64,000 bases of DNA. It comes from Strigamia acuminata (lineage: Eukaryota). The translations under genes and the position numbers were made by a program. The stretch's first letter is position 1; each line of letters begins with the position of its first letter. The notes beneath the pieces are model-generated. The model was not told the DNA's origin. It was given only the letters and a program-made list of their open reading frames with translations, and ran no database searches. The stretch covers positions 11,036,001 through 11,100,000 of the forward strand of contig OX442314.1 of NCBI GenBank assembly GCA_949358305.1. The letters are read 5' to 3'. Below are positions 60,601 to 64,000 of this stretch, one piece after another.

Positions 60601-62609
60601 ATCCAATGAGAATTAAGGAGGCAAGATCTTGATCTTGAAGAATAACTGTATTATTTGATCAGCTCAAAACCACAACTGGAGTGCTTTGGATTATAAAAAT
60701 AGAGACTTGGAGGATCTGGAGGATTTATTTTTACTCATGGAAGGTGCAGTATGTTCTAGTGCAATGGCAGTTCCTGTGCCAATTCCACTACTTCCCCCAG
60801 CTGCTCCTCCAGCCGTTCTTCAGCCTCCAGTCATACCCGTCACCAGCCGATCACCACTCCTGGTTGTTGACCAAAATGATCAACCGATTTACACATGTTG
60901 TCAGCAGTGGACCCGGACTCCTTGAGCAGACAGCAATTGGCCGAGGTTACTCTAGCGGATCCGTTGCTGCAACAAATCGAGCCCACAGGATTTTCCACTT
61001 CCATACCGGCAGCTGCGCGGAAGGTTGTCAGTTTCCCACCAACTCATGTATGTATTTGGGAGAATGGTCATTCCTCGTACTCTGGTTTCTTTGACATTGC
61101 AACTCTTACACGAACATCATATAGGGATTGTTTCGATGAAGCAACGCGCTCGCAAAATTGTGTATTGGCTTTGAATTACCATGGCCATTGAGACATGTTG
61201 CCGACTGCCAACCTTGCCACCAAACTCGTCCAATGGCACGGCATGCTCCCGTGTGCATGTCGATTTTGCCGGCGCTATTCAGGGCATTATGTTTGTGCTC
61301 GTAGACGCCTATTCGGCTTGGATAGAGGTTAAGACTATGAGAACAGCCACCTCAGCAGTGGTCATTAAGGCGTTGCGGGTTATTTTTGCCACAGGTTACC
61401 ACACATTTTTGTGACCGATAATGGTCCACAATTTGCTCATACTTATGATGAGGCTGAAATGCATATCAATTGTGAATACTCATGCGCTCCCCCCCCCCCC
61501 CAAACCTTAATCCAGCCCTGAAAAGAATTAATAAATAGGCAGTGGCTACGTTCGACGTAAGCGTATTATTTTCATGACCCGCTGTGATTGGCTTAGACCC
61601 ATTGATGTCGATTCGTTTCGTCAACGTAAGTTGTCTCACCTAATCCGTTTTTAGCAAAGTAGACCGAACTGTGTATTTTCAGTTCGTATTTCAAATTTCA
61701 ATGCATCTCTCAACCAATCACAGCGCGTCGTGAAAATAATACGTTCACGTCGGACGCGAACGTAGCCACTACATAATAAATAAGTAGCATGACTAACGAT
61801 TGTAGAAAATCTAAAATTGCAGATTTTCGGATGACCGTTCGAATCTATAAAAACATTCTCCGGTGTGAAGTTGTTAAGAACAATGCCCTATTAAAAAAAA
61901 AGTTTATGTGCAATTAGATGGTTATTTTAAAATTATTTTTAACTAACCTCTGAATGCACATAACAGAGGCCATCAATCATGCGTCTGAAATAATGCCATA
62001 TCAAATTTCGATCTTCAAATAGTCCAATGTCAATAGCATTACGAAGAGTGCCGTTGTCACAAAATTCCATCTAAATGTAAAAAAAATATTTAAACTACCG
62101 GGTAAATAAAATTTACAATATTTTCACTACGTGTAAGTAATTGATTTTAGTTAATTTGTGGCCTTCAGTATTCATTTGTGGAAGAATTCCATCTACACGT
62201 ATAAAATATTTAAACTGTTTAAAATGTACAATATTTTTAATACCCGTAAATATAATTTGGAGCCCTTAGCTTCATCATTATTAGACACAGATTGAGGCCA
62301 ATCCTTATTAAAATATCTGCCATGAATAAATAAAAATTATATAATATGTACATTTTCACGTTTCATTAACTTAGTAGTTTACCTCACAACAAACTTAAAG
62401 TCCAAACGAGATAAACGCTGTATGTATTCATTAACTTGCTTTTGCTTACTCTGCTCGTCGTGTAGGATGTTAAAAGTCTTTACAACATACAATTTTCCAT
62501 CCACATTGTGACGAGCCTTTATAACTTTACCAAAAGCACCTTCTTTAAGCACAAGTTCTTCTTTAAAATTATCCATCGGTGTATCTAAGCGTTTCCTTGG
62601 TGGTGTCAT
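57672..62609 (-). CDS. Tandem GCN2-like kinase gene, copy E (most divergent; 5' exons at approx. 62985-63165 uncertain)
   Basis: D1 LKEGAFGKVIKA..GIVLNNFTPENVFID..YAAPE; linker exons in phase; D2 LIGEGNFGTVYKA..YAVKE..IIHGDLSTKNIFLDSEDNAKIGDFG. Confidence 0.7.
58089..58273. mobile_element. MITE related to the left end of the 32503 element
   Basis: Imperfect TIR ctgtagcccggacatag / ctatgtccggactacag; shares taggacgggtcccagaaa with position approx. 32528. Confidence 0.65.
60227..61520. mobile_element. CAGGG-ended (hAT-like) element containing a decayed Gypsy-type integrase fragment
   Basis: 16-bp TIR cagggctggattaagg / ccttaatccagccctg; RVHVDFAGAIQG..VLVDAYSAWIEV..VTDNGPQF at approx. 61250-61435, frameshifted. 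Confidence 0.75.
61541..61770. mobile_element. MITE with imperfect TIRs of about 50 bp
   Basis: agtggctacgttcg..cgtattattttca..gctgtgattgg mirrored at the right end. Confidence 0.8.
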
Positions 62610-63629
62610 ATCACGAGTTTCAACTGTTTAGTAAAAAAAACATGACAACACGACACTGAAAAAGTAAATAATATCAGGAGTCAATGAATATACCCAGATT
62701 AACCCACAAATACGACACTAAATGGGAAAACTGCAATATCGCAGTGATCATATTAAGCAGTTAAGCTCAACCTGAAATGCTGCTAAACTGTTTGTCAAAT
62801 TCTTCCGTTAGTATTACTATTTTTTTTTATCTTAAACTTAAATTATTCCACGCATTATAAACCATTGTTTTGGCAAAATCGAAACTTTTACTAAGTGTCG
62901 CACTTGTGGCTTTTTCAATTTCATTTTCTCCTTCTAGTCTTCGCTAGTTGAATTATTCTTATTCCAAATTTTATTTTTGTTGTACCGGTAGTTACTGTTC
63001 CATCAGATTTGGTGGATTTTGAGTCTACAACGCAATGTATTATTATATTAAAATAAATATCGTAAATTATCGAGAAAAAGTTTGTGCCGACAACCTTCTT
63101 CTGCCATACGTCTCTCAAATCTTGATGATCCTGAAAGTGTTGGGTCGATGAAATTAAGTTCAATCCAGACGAAGTATACAGGTGTCTATTTCTTCACAAG
63201 TTCACAATTAGAATAGCTGACGCAATAGATGATTCGAGAAAAGACGATACGAGACACTACAGCAAGCGTGGGCGGAGAAAAATGACCCTAGTGAAGAACA
63301 GCAGAATTAATTACACAGAAAAATCCAATTCCGTCGTGATGACATCACATCCACTCGAAAATGCGATTTTACTATTATTGTTTTGTATAGCTGATTAATC
63401 AGCCCAAGCCACAGATCGTAATAAGCCGCGACCAGTAACGCCGCGGGATTGGTCAAAATCTTACACGAGCCAGACTCGACTAATCGTTAACTGGGAAATG
63501 TCCCTAAAGATGAAAACCTAGTGACGTATTTAAATGTCAATTACAAGCAGTGATAAGCAGAAAATAATACGTTTATTTGTTAACTCTTACTTAGACTCCA
63601 TGTTTGCACGTGGTTTAAACCAAGTTGAA

Positions 63630-64000
63630 ATGGATTCCACACCATCTTCCACGAACCAAAATGTAGAAAAAAGAGAGAAATTCATATACGACCCTGCAGA
63701 GTACAGCTTGAGAAAACGTTTACCGAGGAAAATGCCGAGAGACAAAAATGACATTTACGTAACACGTAAAACCGATTTCAAAGTGCAATTAAAACGATGC
63801 CAAAAATTACTCGACGAAGGCGAATCCGCCGTGTTTATCCACGGACTCGGTGCAGCAATCGGCCGCGCCATCACCTTATCCGAACAATTGAAAACGTTCT
63901 ACGGCGACACAATCGAAGCCGAGGCCAACACGTCGACGGTGGAAGTGGTGGACGACTACGAACCGGAGAACGAAGACTTCAAAACATTTAGTCAGACGAG
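63630..64000 (+). CDS. POP7: Ribonuclease P/MRP subunit p20; runs off the window end
   Basis: EYSLRKRLPRKMPRDKNDIYVTRKTDFKVQLKRCQKLLDEG..IHGLGAAIGRAI..ANTSTVEVVDDYEPE (translated by hand; not in the ORF track). Confidence 0.93.
   Translation, partial: MDSTPSSTNQNVEKREKFIYDPAEYSLRKRLPRKMPRDKNDIYVTRKTDFKVQLKRCQKLLDEGESAVFIHGLGAAIGRAITLSEQLKTFYGDTIEAEANTSTVEVVDDYEPENEDFKTFSQT

Noticed and set aside
63797..63991. Arg-rich 64-aa ORF
   Set aside because: Alternative frame of POP7

Overview
AT-rich, intron-dense animal genomic DNA, probably arthropod (LIM-containing RASSF, many 50-70 nt introns). The left part (1-13.5 kb) is a compact housekeeping block: HEATR5 3' end, BLTP3/UHRF1BP1, ICMT and LIM-RASSF. 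POP7/RPP20 starts at the right edge. Between them (about 13.7-63.2 kb) lies a birth-and-death cluster of at least five genes plus fragments, each encoding two tandem GCN2 (EIF2AK4)-derived kinase domains with no RWD or HisRS domain. Domain 1 has lost HRD/DFG and domain 2 has lost APE. The first copy hosts an intact, very recent 14.5-kb Ty3/Gypsy element with apparently identical 672-bp LTRs, an enlarged pol and a large non-env ORF3 carrying a DnaJ-type Zn finger. The cluster also holds many MITEs, one of which carries a spliced RFWD3-like RING exon. All calls were made by eye, and exon boundaries are manual.
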